Notes: generated from the letters alone by a model not told the origin. Counted from the first letter of the stretch, positions 29,039-39,439 are shown. The stretch: 64,000 nucleotides of DNA from a virus (IMGVR_UViG_3300027973_002218:1311-65310), one strand, 5' to 3'. Numbers and translations: made by a program.

Positions 29039-29844
29039 TATACATTTTCAGATTGATATTTTATGACTCTGTCGTCAGGGAAGAAATATTCTTTTTTCGC
29101 TGTTTGTATCCAAAACTTAACTTCATCCTCAATCATTTTTTCGTCACCATTTTTATAGTTCCAAAAAATTGAACCTTCTCTAAGGTTAACATGTTTGTAA
29201 CCAAGTTTTGGTATAGTCATAATTTGAACTGAATTATATGTAAGTCTTAATAAGAATTCATATATAAATGTTAATTTAATTGAAGATTTAAACCCTCCAA
29301 AATCCTCAACAATTTCTTTTTTAAATACAGAACCTGCTGTTTGAAAATTTTGATACTCTTGTAATGTTTCATTTGTTAAGAATCCCATTTCTTGAGTAAA
29401 GTTTGCAGCAAAAGTAGCCTCATTTGTAAATCCTGCAAAAAGACCTTTTTCATCCGTCTCAACGACTACAGGTAAAAACATTTGAACTTCAGGATATGAT
29501 GTAATGTATTTGTCAACATTTTTAAACCAAATAGACGAGTACTCGTCATCAAATTCAAAAAGAGAAACCCATGTTCCTTTTGCGTTTTTAATACCATAAT
29601 TTACTTGGTCACAATAGTTTGCTTCTTTATCCCAAAGTAATTTATTTACAGTAAGATTTCCAAAGTCATATCCATTAAGTAATGTAACTAATTGTTCTTC
29701 GCTAGTGTGTATAATTACAACCTCCTCAAACTCAATTTGTTGATTTTTAAGTGATGTAATTGCTTTTTCAAAATATTCATCAAAATTTTTAGCCTTTGAT
29801 GATTTGATTGGTAGTATAACTGAAAGTGATAATTTATTGCTCAT
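29038..29844 (-). CDS. glycosyltransferase, GT-A fold (GT2-like)
   Basis: SVILPI start; FEFDDEY in the DxD position. Confidence 0.7.
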   Translation of the reverse strand: MSNKLSLSVILPIKSSKAKNFDEYFEKAITSLKNQQIEFEEVVIIHTSEEQLVTLLNGYDFGNLTVNKLLWDKEANYCDQVNYGIKNAKGTWVSLFEFDDEYSSIWFKNVDKYITSYPEVQMFLPVVVETDEKGLFAGFTNEATFAANFTQEMGFLTNETLQEYQNFQTAGSVFKKEIVEDFGGFKSSIKLTFIYEFLLRLTYNSVQIMTIPKLGYKHVNLREGSIFWNYKNGDEKMIEDEVKFWIQTAKKEYFFPDDRVIKYQSENV

Positions 29845-29845
29845 A

Positions 29846-30898
29846 TTATTCTTCTGTTTTTGAAATTTGTTGTTCGAATGAATCTGCTCTTGTGTTTAAG
29901 TAAGTACTAAATAATGTTACAACACTTGAGTCAAATTTTTGTTTATCTGAAAATTGTTCTATTGTTTTTTTCATTTCATCTTGTATTTCAGGATTAATAT
30001 TATCCTCAAGCCAATTTTGTATATAATCAGCGATAACATCAACAAATAATGTTTTGTCGGTAATCCAAATACCATTTTGTTCAGTCATCCAATCTGGAGG
30101 TATATTAGGAACTTTTCCAATAACAGGAACACCTGATTTCATAGATTCTAATGGGAAAGTACCAAAGGCGCTATCATCGTCAATCCATACACTTAAAAAA
30201 CAATCACTTAATGAGTTTGCAAATTCTTTTTCAGACAACCCTCTTAAGTCTCTAAATGTAAACCATCTGTATTGAGGGAATTTTAAATAGAAAGTTTTAA
30301 TAATATTAATTGCGTCAGTTTGCTCTTTTGTGTGAATACCAATAATTGGCATTGCTGGTGTTGATTTAGGTTTAAATGAATCCGTAATGTACGGTTCAAT
30401 AACATCAAAAGATGATTGTCTCATTACTCTTTCAATGTATTCTTTTTGTTTGTTAGATGTTGTAAGACATTTCATAAATCCAAATTGATTCCATGATTGA
30501 CCTGGCTGTAATGTTTCTAACATGTGTGAATATTGTTGTGTTAGAACAATTTTAGCACAAGGTAATTGTTTTACTTGGTCCATAACGTAACCAAATAATT
30601 CAGGAATTACTAAGAAATCTTCAGGAGAAATCTCTAAATTTTGACCTTCAATTGCTTTATGTGGTATAGACATGTATTCTTCATTCAACCACGCAACAAC
30701 TCCTGAATAATCCGCTTTCTCATGTAAAATGATTGGATTAAACCCGTTGTCTTTTAATGTTTTTGCCATTTGGTAAATGTATCTGACAGAAGCTTTTGCA
30801 TTACCTTTAGTATCTTGTACTAAAAAATAAATTCTTGCTTTTTTGTCTCTCAAAACCTGAATGGACTGTTTTACTTTTTCTTCTATTGTGTTTTCCAT
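29846..30898 (-). CDS. glycosyltransferase, GT-B fold (GT4-like)
   Basis: AFGTFPLESMKSGVPVIG signature. Confidence 0.7.
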   Translation of the reverse strand: MENTIEEKVKQSIQVLRDKKARIYFLVQDTKGNAKASVRYIYQMAKTLKDNGFNPIILHEKADYSGVVAWLNEEYMSIPHKAIEGQNLEISPEDFLVIPELFGYVMDQVKQLPCAKIVLTQQYSHMLETLQPGQSWNQFGFMKCLTTSNKQKEYIERVMRQSSFDVIEPYITDSFKPKSTPAMPIIGIHTKEQTDAINIIKTFYLKFPQYRWFTFRDLRGLSEKEFANSLSDCFLSVWIDDDSAFGTFPLESMKSGVPVIGKVPNIPPDWMTEQNGIWITDKTLFVDVIADYIQNWLEDNINPEIQDEMKKTIEQFSDKQKFDSSVVTLFSTYLNTRADSFEQQISKTEE

Positions 30899-30899
30899 A

Positions 30900-31181
30900 T
30901 TAATAATGATTGATTAGTTTTTTATTTAAAAGACTGTTAAATGCGATTCTAAAAGGAATACTTGTGTTTAAACTACTTTTCATTCCTAATTTTTCGTCAA
31001 CAATATCTTGTTCTGTTAATACAGTGTCTAATAACATTTTTACCATCTCAAATTTGATAATGTTAATTTTCATTTCTGTTGTTCCTGATAAATCCTCAGG
31101 TGATGCGTCATTAGACATATCAAGGTACTGTTCAATTACATCTAAATCAATGTAATAATTTTCACCTAATACATTTATCAT
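30900..31181 (-). CDS. hypothetical protein
   Basis: 93 aa ORF in the operon. Confidence 0.55.
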   Translation of the reverse strand: MINVLGENYYIDLDVIEQYLDMSNDASPEDLSGTTEMKINIIKFEMVKMLLDTVLTEQDIVDEKLGMKSSLNTSIPFRIAFNSLLNKKLINHY

Positions 31182-31768
31182 ACTATTTCGTCTATTTTTG
31201 ATTTGAGTTCTTTGATTGTTGAAATCTCATACTCGGTTTTTATATCTGAATTATAAGCGGTATTATACTTAATAACTGTTTTATTTTCAGGATGATTTAA
31301 TAATAGTTTAGGATTTGCGGTAAGTAAAATGTCTATAGACTCCCAAAGTGAATTAATTGTACTTTCACTATAGAACTTAATAGATTCTACTAAACACCCA
31401 AATTTAGAAATAAAGAATAATGACGCTGGTTTTGATTTACCAATTTCATCAGAAACTATTGTAATATCGTGGTTATCCCTAACATCTAAATAAAAATCAT
31501 TAAAGTCCATCATTCCTGAAGTTTCTACAGAACCAGCATGTCCAAAAATTTCCATCGTATGTTCTTTATATAAAAAATCATATAACTCATCTTCATTTTT
31601 AAATTTAAGATGTTTGGATATTTCTAAACTTGTTAATTTTGTTATAACTTCATATTTAAATTCTTCATCTTCATTAAAAGAATTTTCAATATACCATTTC
31701 TCATATTCTTGTTGAATTTTTCTGAGCGTATCTCGAAGAACTCCGTTTAATTCTATTCCTATTCTCAT
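31178..31768 (-). CDS. HAD-fold 5'(3')-nucleotidase-like protein with an altered motif I
   Basis: RIGIELNGVLRD aligns with RIGIDxDGVL. Confidence 0.5.
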   Translation of the reverse strand: MRIGIELNGVLRDTLRKIQQEYEKWYIENSFNEDEEFKYEVITKLTSLEISKHLKFKNEDELYDFLYKEHTMEIFGHAGSVETSGMMDFNDFYLDVRDNHDITIVSDEIGKSKPASLFFISKFGCLVESIKFYSESTINSLWESIDILLTANPKLLLNHPENKTVIKYNTAYNSDIKTEYEISTIKELKSKIDEIV

Positions 31769-32505
31769 TCTTCGTATCTTTTTAATATTTTTGTAATCAA
31801 TGGATTTCTTACAATATCATCAGAACTAAATTCAAATACTCCAATATCATTCATACCTTGAAATTTTTGAAGAGCGTCCCATAATCCAGTTTGAGTTTTA
31901 TCTTTATGTCTATCAAATTGTTCTAAGTCACCTGAAATAAAAAATTTAGAATTAAATCCAATTCTTGTTAACAAAAGTTTCATTTGACTTGGAGTTGAAT
32001 TTTGAGCTTCTTCAAAAATTAATATTGAATTATCAATATTCATCCCTCTCATATAAGCTAATGCAAAAACTTCAATCGCTTCAACATCTTTTAATTTTTC
32101 TCTTGATTCTTTACCAATAATTTTATTTAATAAATAATAAGATGGGAATATGTAAGGGTCTAATTTTTCTTCAACACCTCCTGGTAAACTCCCTAATTTT
32201 TCTTCTGCCTCAACTGCGGGTCTTACAATAATAATTTTTTCATAAGGAGTTTTTGGGTCAACTAATAAGTCTACAGCCGCCTTCATTGCGATGTAACTCT
32301 TACCAACTCCAGCAGGCCCCGAACATATTGTAATTTGGTTTGTTTCTAGTTTATTGTAATACTCTTTTTGACTTTCAGATAAAAATTTTTCTTTAGTCTT
32401 TCTTTTAACAATTGAACAAATTAATTCTTTTTTCGTTCTTGTTACCATAACTTCACTTGTTGTTGTTGGTGTTGTTGATGGAGTTCTTTTGGTGCCTCTT
32501 GCCAT
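31765..32505 (-). CDS. phoH: PhoH-like ATPase
   Basis: GPAGVGKS, AYMRG, EEAQN, SGDLEQ, DIVRNPL. Confidence 0.92.
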   Translation of the reverse strand: MARGTKRTPSTTPTTTSEVMVTRTKKELICSIVKRKTKEKFLSESQKEYYNKLETNQITICSGPAGVGKSYIAMKAAVDLLVDPKTPYEKIIIVRPAVEAEEKLGSLPGGVEEKLDPYIFPSYYLLNKIIGKESREKLKDVEAIEVFALAYMRGMNIDNSILIFEEAQNSTPSQMKLLLTRIGFNSKFFISGDLEQFDRHKDKTQTGLWDALQKFQGMNDIGVFEFSSDDIVRNPLITKILKRYEE

Positions 32506-32511
32506 TATATG

Positions 32512-33606
32512 TTATTTGATTTTATGTCTATCGGAACTTTGAGGTTCTCGTCTATAGACTGTTTTTCCACCGTCAGGACTTTCATAAATCCATGGAGTTT
32601 CAATTTCTTTTTTGTCAACTTGTGACTTAATCCATTGGTAAGTTTTTTTCAAACCAATAGATAAGGGTTCACTAACTTCCCAACCAACTTTTTCTCTATA
32701 AAGTTTATTGTCAGAATTTCTTCCCTTAACACCTAAAGGACATTTAAATCCGTACTTGTCAATAAATTCTTGACCATCAATATTTTTGATTTCAATATTT
32801 TTATCCGATATTGCTATTGCCATTCCTGCAAGTTGATTAATTGTAACCATTTCTTCACTACCAATATTAACAGGACCTGTAAAGTCACTTTCCATTAATC
32901 TTAATACTGCCTCAACACATTCATCTACGTATAAGAATGAACGAGTTTGCATTCCATTACCCCAAACTTCGACTACATCTCCGTCTTTAGCCTCCACAAC
33001 TTTTCTACACATTGCTGCTGGTGATTTTTCTCTACCACCTGTCCATGTACCTTGTGGCCCAAAGATGTTATGGAATCTTGCAACTCTAACATCTAAACCA
33101 TAGTTTCTATGGAAAGCCAAATATAATCTTTCGGAGAATAATTTTTCCCATCCATATTCTGAATCAGGATTTGCAGGGTATGCTGAAGATTCTTCACAGT
33201 TTGGATTTAATGGGTCCAACTGATTGTGTTCAGGATACATACATGCTGATGATGAATAGAATACTTTTTTAACTTTTTTCTTAACACATTCGTGTGCAAC
33301 ATTTAGGTTAATTGTTGCTGAGTTATACATAACATTAGCGTCATTCTCACCTGTAAAGATGTATAATGCTCCTCCCATGTCGGCAGCAAGTTGATAAACT
33401 TCATCGACTCCTTCTTCAATAACAAGCTCAACAACTTTAGGGTCTGTTAAGTCCCCTAATATAAATTCATGACAGAACTCGTCTTGAAAGAAGTATTCGT
33501 GTTTTTTAATATCACATACTCGTACGTGATTTCCTTCTTCTTTTAATCTTTTGGCAAGATGTCCACCTATGAACCCTCCGCCTCCTAATACTACTATTTT
33601 TTTCAT
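32512..33606 (-). CDS. NAD-dependent epimerase, GDP-mannose 3',5'-epimerase-like
   Basis: GGGGFIG, QLAADMGG, SSSACMYPEHNQ, YGWEKL, EKSPAAMCRK, GVKGRNSDN. Confidence 0.85.
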   Translation of the reverse strand: MKKIVVLGGGGFIGGHLAKRLKEEGNHVRVCDIKKHEYFFQDEFCHEFILGDLTDPKVVELVIEEGVDEVYQLAADMGGALYIFTGENDANVMYNSATINLNVAHECVKKKVKKVFYSSSACMYPEHNQLDPLNPNCEESSAYPANPDSEYGWEKLFSERLYLAFHRNYGLDVRVARFHNIFGPQGTWTGGREKSPAAMCRKVVEAKDGDVVEVWGNGMQTRSFLYVDECVEAVLRLMESDFTGPVNIGSEEMVTINQLAGMAIAISDKNIEIKNIDGQEFIDKYGFKCPLGVKGRNSDNKLYREKVGWEVSEPLSIGLKKTYQWIKSQVDKKEIETPWIYESPDGGKTVYRREPQSSDRHKIK

Positions 33607-34541
33607 TAGTTAAAATACTTTTGGTATATATCGAAATATTCGACAGTTTTAGTGGGAAGTAAATCCCTATAGTCTTTTAGATTATCTAAAAGGTTAAGTG
33701 TTCCTCTGTAACCAATCACTTCGTTCTCTAAATTTTTGACAAGGTCTTGCGGGTTTCTCGCCTGATAGACTGACGCTTTTGCAAATATGACAGAGTTTGG
33801 AAAATGATGTTGTAAGACATAGGACCCCCAAATGTCATCCATTCTACCTGCATAAGGAAAGACAGAGTAATGTTTAAGGACATCTCTATGTATGAATGTA
33901 TTTTGTGAGTTAAATGGTGTAAGTTGTTTTGTTGTGAATGGTTCAAATGAATTAAATTTTACGATTGGTTTTTTACTTAATCGACAAATTGCGTCAATAT
34001 CTGGGTCACCGTCCCAAAATTCTGCTTGAACCATCGGGGTAATTTTTGTTTTCCCTTTGTATTCAATGTTATTTTTTACTTGTAGATATTCGATTGGAAA
34101 TCCTCTATGCCACAAGTCATTATGTTCTGTGGTTGAAATTGCGTCGAAGTAAGGACATGACAAGTTTTCATATTCATCTACCTCAATTTCTTGACCCAGT
34201 AATATGTTGTCACCCCAGAATTCATATGGTATATTATCATCATCAACTGTTGCAATAATTTCTGCTCCACTTTGATATGCGTAAACTAATCCGATATTTC
34301 TTCTTTGAATTGTTTTCCAACCAATAATCTCAGATAATTCAGGATATAAATGTTCTTGTTTAACTGGTGTTAGATAAACTACATTAAGGTAGTTCTTAAC
34401 AAGTTTTTCATATGATTCATGTGGAGTTTTTGTATCTCCAACAATTACAAATGTAAAATCTTTTTTATCTGCAATTTCACAAAACTTAATGGTTGCCTCT
34501 GTTGGCTCATTAATTGTTGTTGTTATTATATATTTTTTCAT
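33606..34541 (-). CDS. STELLO/DUF288- or RGP(GT75)-like GT-A protein
   Basis: TTIN, RRNIGL, TVDDDN, GDPDIDA, NSQNT, RMDDIW. Confidence 0.65.
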   Translation of the reverse strand: MKKYIITTTINEPTEATIKFCEIADKKDFTFVIVGDTKTPHESYEKLVKNYLNVVYLTPVKQEHLYPELSEIIGWKTIQRRNIGLVYAYQSGAEIIATVDDDNIPYEFWGDNILLGQEIEVDEYENLSCPYFDAISTTEHNDLWHRGFPIEYLQVKNNIEYKGKTKITPMVQAEFWDGDPDIDAICRLSKKPIVKFNSFEPFTTKQLTPFNSQNTFIHRDVLKHYSVFPYAGRMDDIWGSYVLQHHFPNSVIFAKASVYQARNPQDLVKNLENEVIGYRGTLNLLDNLKDYRDLLPTKTVEYFDIYQKYFN

Positions 34542-34542
34542 A

Positions 34543-35151
34543 TTAATATATTAAGTAAACGTGGTTACCTTCCATTGTGTTTATGATTGTATAATCAGGG
34601 TTAATGTTATATAACGCATCTTTAAATTCTTGTAGTGTTGGGAAATTACCTTGTCCTAAGTCTCTACAGTCGTCAATTAACATTACATGGTCATTACGGT
34701 TACTTGCCGATTTAATAGCCCCTAATTCTTCTTTTAATGGACCATCTAGCATACTGTGAGCGTCCAATAAGATAAAGAATCTTTCATCAGGTAATTCTTC
34801 TAATACAGATTTTAATACATCGCCTGAATTACCTTCTAAGAAAGTAAGGTTACCGTATTGTTCAGAAAGTTTTTGATATGTTTCTCTATAACTTCTTCCA
34901 TCATAAGGATTACGGTCAGGAAATAATTCTACTGTAAATGCAACATCAAAATGTTCAGCCAAGAATATTGAAGTTCTTGCGTCGTGAGTTCCAGTTTCAA
35001 TTGCGAAGTTTATTTCGTTTAAGTTTGGGATTTTGTCTTGGTACTGGTAAAGTAAACTAACAAATAAGTTAGGTATTGGTAACGATGTCTTATGTATGTC
35101 AGACATTTGTTCCCATCTACTATCACCTGTATAATCTAAATTTAATTTCAT
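34543..35151 (-). CDS. class I SAM-dependent methyltransferase-like protein
   Basis: IETGT motif I, LLDAH, LIDD. Confidence 0.6.
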   Translation of the reverse strand: MKLNLDYTGDSRWEQMSDIHKTSLPIPNLFVSLLYQYQDKIPNLNEINFAIETGTHDARTSIFLAEHFDVAFTVELFPDRNPYDGRSYRETYQKLSEQYGNLTFLEGNSGDVLKSVLEELPDERFFILLDAHSMLDGPLKEELGAIKSASNRNDHVMLIDDCRDLGQGNFPTLQEFKDALYNINPDYTIINTMEGNHVYLIY

Positions 35152-35152
35152 A

Positions 35153-36181
35153 TTAGTTATTTTTTATTATGCATTTTAAGATTTGGTCTTTATAATCAGC
35201 AACGGTATCAAACGCTTTTTGAATGTCGTTAAATTCAAATTCATGTGAAATAATTTTTTCAATCTCATTGTCTCCTGTATAGTTTTTAACACAGTCTTCC
35301 AAAGTTTGATTTGACCTTCTAACATTTTTAATTGTCAGTTCTTTAGTCCTCATTCTATGAGGATTGTATGTTACAAAATCTGATTCAGGGATTCCAATTA
35401 ATGCAACTTTACCATTAACCGCCGCAACATTAATACATCCATCAATAGATTCTGTTGTACCTCCTGTGTCAATAGACATTGTAGTTCCCATACCTCCTGT
35501 TAATTCTTTGATTTTTTTTGTGTAGTCATCGGCAAGTAAGAATGATTCTGTTGCTCCGAAGTCTTTTGCAAACTTAACTCTATATGGTAATTTGTCTATC
35601 ATAAAAATATCTTTAACACCAGCCTTCTTTAATATAGAAAACATACACAAACCAATAGGACCCGCTCCAAATATAGTTGCTGATTCAGTAAATTTTGGTT
35701 CGAGTAAATTTGCAGTGTGTAGACAAACCCCAAGAGGTTCAAGTAAACTTGCCAAGTTAAAGGACATTGAATCTGGAATTTTAACTAATTGTAATTCTTC
35801 AACTATAACATAGTCGGCAAACGCACCTTGTGCATTAGCTCCCATAAAAGTTCCTTTATCACATAAGTTATGTTTACCCTTTAAAGACCAATAAGAGGTG
35901 ACACACGGCATCCCAGGTTCAACTGCGACTCTATCACCATCTTTGAATAATTTAGACCCGTTAGAGTCAACTATAACCCCTGAAGGCTCGTGACCCATGT
36001 ACATTGGTAGAGGATTTTTGAAGGAACCTAGTCCTCCTTCTTTAAAGTAATGCATGTCGGAACCACATATTCCAACAGATTTCATTGAGACAAGTAATTG
36101 ACCTTCTTTTAATTTTGGAATTTCTTCCTCAAAAATATCAATCTTTCTTATCTGAGTTAGTTTTGCTACTCTGTTCTTCAT
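35153..36181 (-). CDS. Zn-dependent sugar/polyol dehydrogenase (MDR family)
   Basis: GICGSDMH, GHEPSG, GAGPIG. Confidence 0.85.
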   Translation of the reverse strand: MKNRVAKLTQIRKIDIFEEEIPKLKEGQLLVSMKSVGICGSDMHYFKEGGLGSFKNPLPMYMGHEPSGVIVDSNGSKLFKDGDRVAVEPGMPCVTSYWSLKGKHNLCDKGTFMGANAQGAFADYVIVEELQLVKIPDSMSFNLASLLEPLGVCLHTANLLEPKFTESATIFGAGPIGLCMFSILKKAGVKDIFMIDKLPYRVKFAKDFGATESFLLADDYTKKIKELTGGMGTTMSIDTGGTTESIDGCINVAAVNGKVALIGIPESDFVTYNPHRMRTKELTIKNVRRSNQTLEDCVKNYTGDNEIEKIISHEFEFNDIQKAFDTVADYKDQILKCIIKNN

Positions 36182-37301
36182 AATCGATTAAAGCTTGTTT
36201 TAAAACATCACAGATGTAATCGACCTCTTTTATTGATAATTCAGGGTATAGAGGAGGGCATACGTGATGTTTAGAATAATAATCAGTATTTGGTAAATTT
36301 ACAGAGGAAAATTGTTCTTTATATAAAGGTTGTTCATGAACAGGTATTCTATAGACTTCACCTGTCAACGAGATACCTTTTTCTTTACAATATTTTTTTA
36401 ACCACGCTCCGTCCATAGGAGTGATTACAATGGCTTTGTAGTTTGCACATGTACCATTCCCTTTTTGTTTAATAACTTTGTATTTGGTTTTGGATAAGTT
36501 TTTTCGATATCTTTCTAAGAGGTCAGTTCTTTTTTCAATCCTTGAGTAAACTCTATCACATTCAATACTACCTAACAATCCAGTGAATTCGTTAATCTTA
36601 AAGTTGTTTCCTTCAGAGTTAACAATAATCCCGCTATCATAAATGTGTCTCCCAAAGTTCTTTAATGATTTCATTTTTTCATAAAGTTCTTTGTTATTTG
36701 TTGTAATCATCCCACCTTCACCTGTTGTCATAACTTTAGTTGGGAAGAATGAAAAAGTTCCTACATCACCAATAACACCAGCCCTGTAAGTTCCTTTTAA
36801 TGAAAAATGAGCGTGAGCGGCGTCTTCGACCAATGGGACATTATTTTTTTTACACACATCAACAATTTTAGAAATGTCGTGTGAAATAATACCACCAATG
36901 TGAACAATGACTACAGCTCCAACTTCAGGTGTAATCTTAGTTATCAAATCTTTTAATGATATTGAAAACGATTCTGGCTCCATATCTAATAATTCAATAA
37001 TACCTCCAGCATTTGTGATTGCAACACTTGTTGCAAAAAATGTGTTTGACGGCATTAAAACTTTTTTACCTTTCACATCAAGAGACTTTAATGCTAACTC
37101 AATTGCTGTTGTGCCATTTGAACATGCTAATGCATATTTTGCGTCACTCATTTCAGCAAATTTATCTTCAAACTCCTTTACATATTTTGATTCTCCTAAT
37201 GGTCTATCAGAAGACAAGATATCCCATGAACCCTTTAAAAACTTAAACTTAGATTTAAAATCAAATTTCAATCTAAAAATTGGAATGTTTAATTTTTTCA
37301 T
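36138..37301 (-). CDS. DegT/DnrJ/EryC1/StrS PLP-dependent sugar aminotransferase
   Basis: SNGTTA, EDAAHA, SFFPTKVMTTGEGG (PLP Lys). Confidence 0.9.
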   Translation of the reverse strand: MKKLNIPIFRLKFDFKSKFKFLKGSWDILSSDRPLGESKYVKEFEDKFAEMSDAKYALACSNGTTAIELALKSLDVKGKKVLMPSNTFFATSVAITNAGGIIELLDMEPESFSISLKDLITKITPEVGAVVIVHIGGIISHDISKIVDVCKKNNVPLVEDAAHAHFSLKGTYRAGVIGDVGTFSFFPTKVMTTGEGGMITTNNKELYEKMKSLKNFGRHIYDSGIIVNSEGNNFKINEFTGLLGSIECDRVYSRIEKRTDLLERYRKNLSKTKYKVIKQKGNGTCANYKAIVITPMDGAWLKKYCKEKGISLTGEVYRIPVHEQPLYKEQFSSVNLPNTDYYSKHHVCPPLYPELSIKEVDYICDVLKQALIDYEEQSSKTNSDKKD

Positions 37302-37936
37302 AACTTATAAACTTTTTTAACTTTTGATGGTATTCCTGCAACCATAACATTTGGTGGAACGTCGTCAATAACAACAGAACCCGCAGCAACAATTGAATTG
37401 TCACCAACTTTAACTTTAGGTATTAGTGTGCTCGCAGCACTTATAAAACAATTTTCACCAACTTCAACATAACCACATAAAGTTGCGTTAGGTGATATTT
37501 GAGAGAAGTCTCCAATTAAACAATCATGTTCAACTATTGACCCAGTGTTAATTATTGTACAATTACCAATAAAGGAATCTACATGTACTACAGCGTTTGG
37601 GCAAATTAAATTACCATGACCAAGTCTTTTAGATTCAACAACTGCGGTCGGGTGGATACAATTTATTGGTTCTTTTTTGGTATGTTCTTTAATTAATTCA
37701 TAATGTTTTTTTCTTAAAATATTGTCACCTGTTGCAATAAAATAATCAATGTTAGGTGACTTAAGATGTTCTAAAGATTTTTCAACTGTGGAGTATAATC
37801 TATTAATTTGTATTTCATCCGCAAAACATTCTACATAATAAAGTACGTGATGAGGGTGAGTCATTTTAAAAATGTTTGTCGCTATCTTAGCTCCTGCTGA
37901 GCCTCCGACAATTAGGATTGATTTTGGTTCACTCAT
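37298..37936 (-). CDS. PglD/NeuD-like sugar acetyltransferase (hexapeptide repeat)
   Basis: IHPTAVV, NTGSIVEHDC, hexapeptide repeats, AGIPSK. Confidence 0.88.
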   Translation of the reverse strand: MSEPKSILIVGGSAGAKIATNIFKMTHPHHVLYYVECFADEIQINRLYSTVEKSLEHLKSPNIDYFIATGDNILRKKHYELIKEHTKKEPINCIHPTAVVESKRLGHGNLICPNAVVHVDSFIGNCTIINTGSIVEHDCLIGDFSQISPNATLCGYVEVGENCFISAASTLIPKVKVGDNSIVAAGSVVIDDVPPNVMVAGIPSKVKKVYKL

Positions 37937-38763
37937 ATTAATTCAATTGGCAAATTTTCATTATACATACCCCAATCATCAGGGTTAGATGTATTTGTAA
38001 AATCTTTAATAATTTCATTTTGGTCAGACATTGGAGGTACTGATTCGTCTTCATCTCTATCTCCACTCTTACCATGATTTAAATGAAATATATAATGGTC
38101 TAACACTTGGATGTTAGAATAGAAAGAGGCTTTCTTCATAACATTTGTATCAATACCACAACCAAATAAAACAGATTCTTCAAATCCTTTCATTTGGTTC
38201 CAAATGTTTTTGTGCCCAATTTGATAATCACCACAACAATTAATTAATGACCATTTGTCGTTATCAGTTTCAAATCTTTCTTTAGTTCTGTAACCATCAC
38301 GATTATTCCACAAAGATTTATATAAACTTTCGTAGTCATTAAATGATAGATGAAAAGACTCGTCAACATCTCTTCTTGGTACTGTATAAAATACGTCTTC
38401 TTTTAATATAGAATCGTCAAGTGGAGTTGTAACAATATCGATGTTAGTTGAAATAATATAATCGTTAGACGCTCTCCTTAACCCTATATTTCTACCAATA
38501 GATTCAATAATTGTGTAGTCGGCAATGTGAGGGTATTTTTCTTTTAAAAATTCTTTAGGAACTTGAATATATTTTAATTTTCCTGTTTGAGGTAAATTAT
38601 GTTTAATGTTAGAAATAACTCCTTCTCCATTCTTAGTTTTCCAATCTACAAAGATAACTTCATCATGATTTTCAATTAAAGATAATAACGCCATAGTAGT
38701 TCTTTTGTGTAAGTTTCCACCATAGTTATCGTTTCTTGAAGTTAGTATTACTGATTTTTTCAC
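37933..38763 (-). CDS. glycosyltransferase-like protein (GT-A)
   Basis: SRNDNY start, RNIGLRRA, STNID. Confidence 0.55.
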   Translation of the reverse strand: MKKSVILTSRNDNYGGNLHKRTTMALLSLIENHDEVIFVDWKTKNGEGVISNIKHNLPQTGKLKYIQVPKEFLKEKYPHIADYTIIESIGRNIGLRRASNDYIISTNIDIVTTPLDDSILKEDVFYTVPRRDVDESFHLSFNDYESLYKSLWNNRDGYRTKERFETDNDKWSLINCCGDYQIGHKNIWNQMKGFEESVLFGCGIDTNVMKKASFYSNIQVLDHYIFHLNHGKSGDRDEDESVPPMSDQNEIIKDFTNTSNPDDWGMYNENLPIELI

Positions 38764-38767
38764 AATA

Positions 38768-39439
38768 TTACTTTCTTTTTAATATTATTTCTTCTGTACC
38801 AAGACCAATGTTATTAATTTGAACAATTTCCCAATCTGTTGCGTTTTCACGAATCCATTTTTCACTTATAAAAACAACTCTAATTATTTCTTTACTATGC
38901 CAATTTTCAAAATTTGCTTGTTTATTTTTATCGTGTTTATGAGTACCATCGTCATTTAACATCCCATCATACATAACAAAAATACAACCTGTATTTGCAA
39001 CCTCAGCTAAATTTTTAAAAACATCTGATTTAAATTCTAAAGGAATGTGAGGAAGAACTGCATTGGTAAACATGAAATCAAATTTAACTGGAAACTTATC
39101 TGCAAAACTTTCCGTTAAATCGGATTGGACAAATTTTAAATTTTCTTTTTCATATTGTTTAGCGTAATTGATTCTATTATTGGATAAATCAATTCCATAA
39201 GTTTTTTCAAAAGTTTCACTTAAAACTCTGGTAAAATACCCTTGAGCACAACCAACATCCAAACAATTTTTATTGATATTTTTATCAATTAAATTTTCAA
39301 TTTTTGGAATTAAATTTTCTTTCATCCAATTAACGTCTCTTTCAGGATACCCTGTTTCAGAACTAGGAGTTCCTTCTGGGTTAATTAAACTTTCGTCTTC
39401 AAAATAGTTTTTTAATGCTTCTTTTATATTATCTATCAT
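38768..39439 (-). CDS. class I SAM-dependent methyltransferase
   Basis: LDVGCAQG, YGIDLS, FDFMFTNAVLPH. Confidence 0.85.
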   Translation of the reverse strand: MIDNIKEALKNYFEDESLINPEGTPSSETGYPERDVNWMKENLIPKIENLIDKNINKNCLDVGCAQGYFTRVLSETFEKTYGIDLSNNRINYAKQYEKENLKFVQSDLTESFADKFPVKFDFMFTNAVLPHIPLEFKSDVFKNLAEVANTGCIFVMYDGMLNDDGTHKHDKNKQANFENWHSKEIIRVVFISEKWIRENATDWEIVQINNIGLGTEEIILKRK

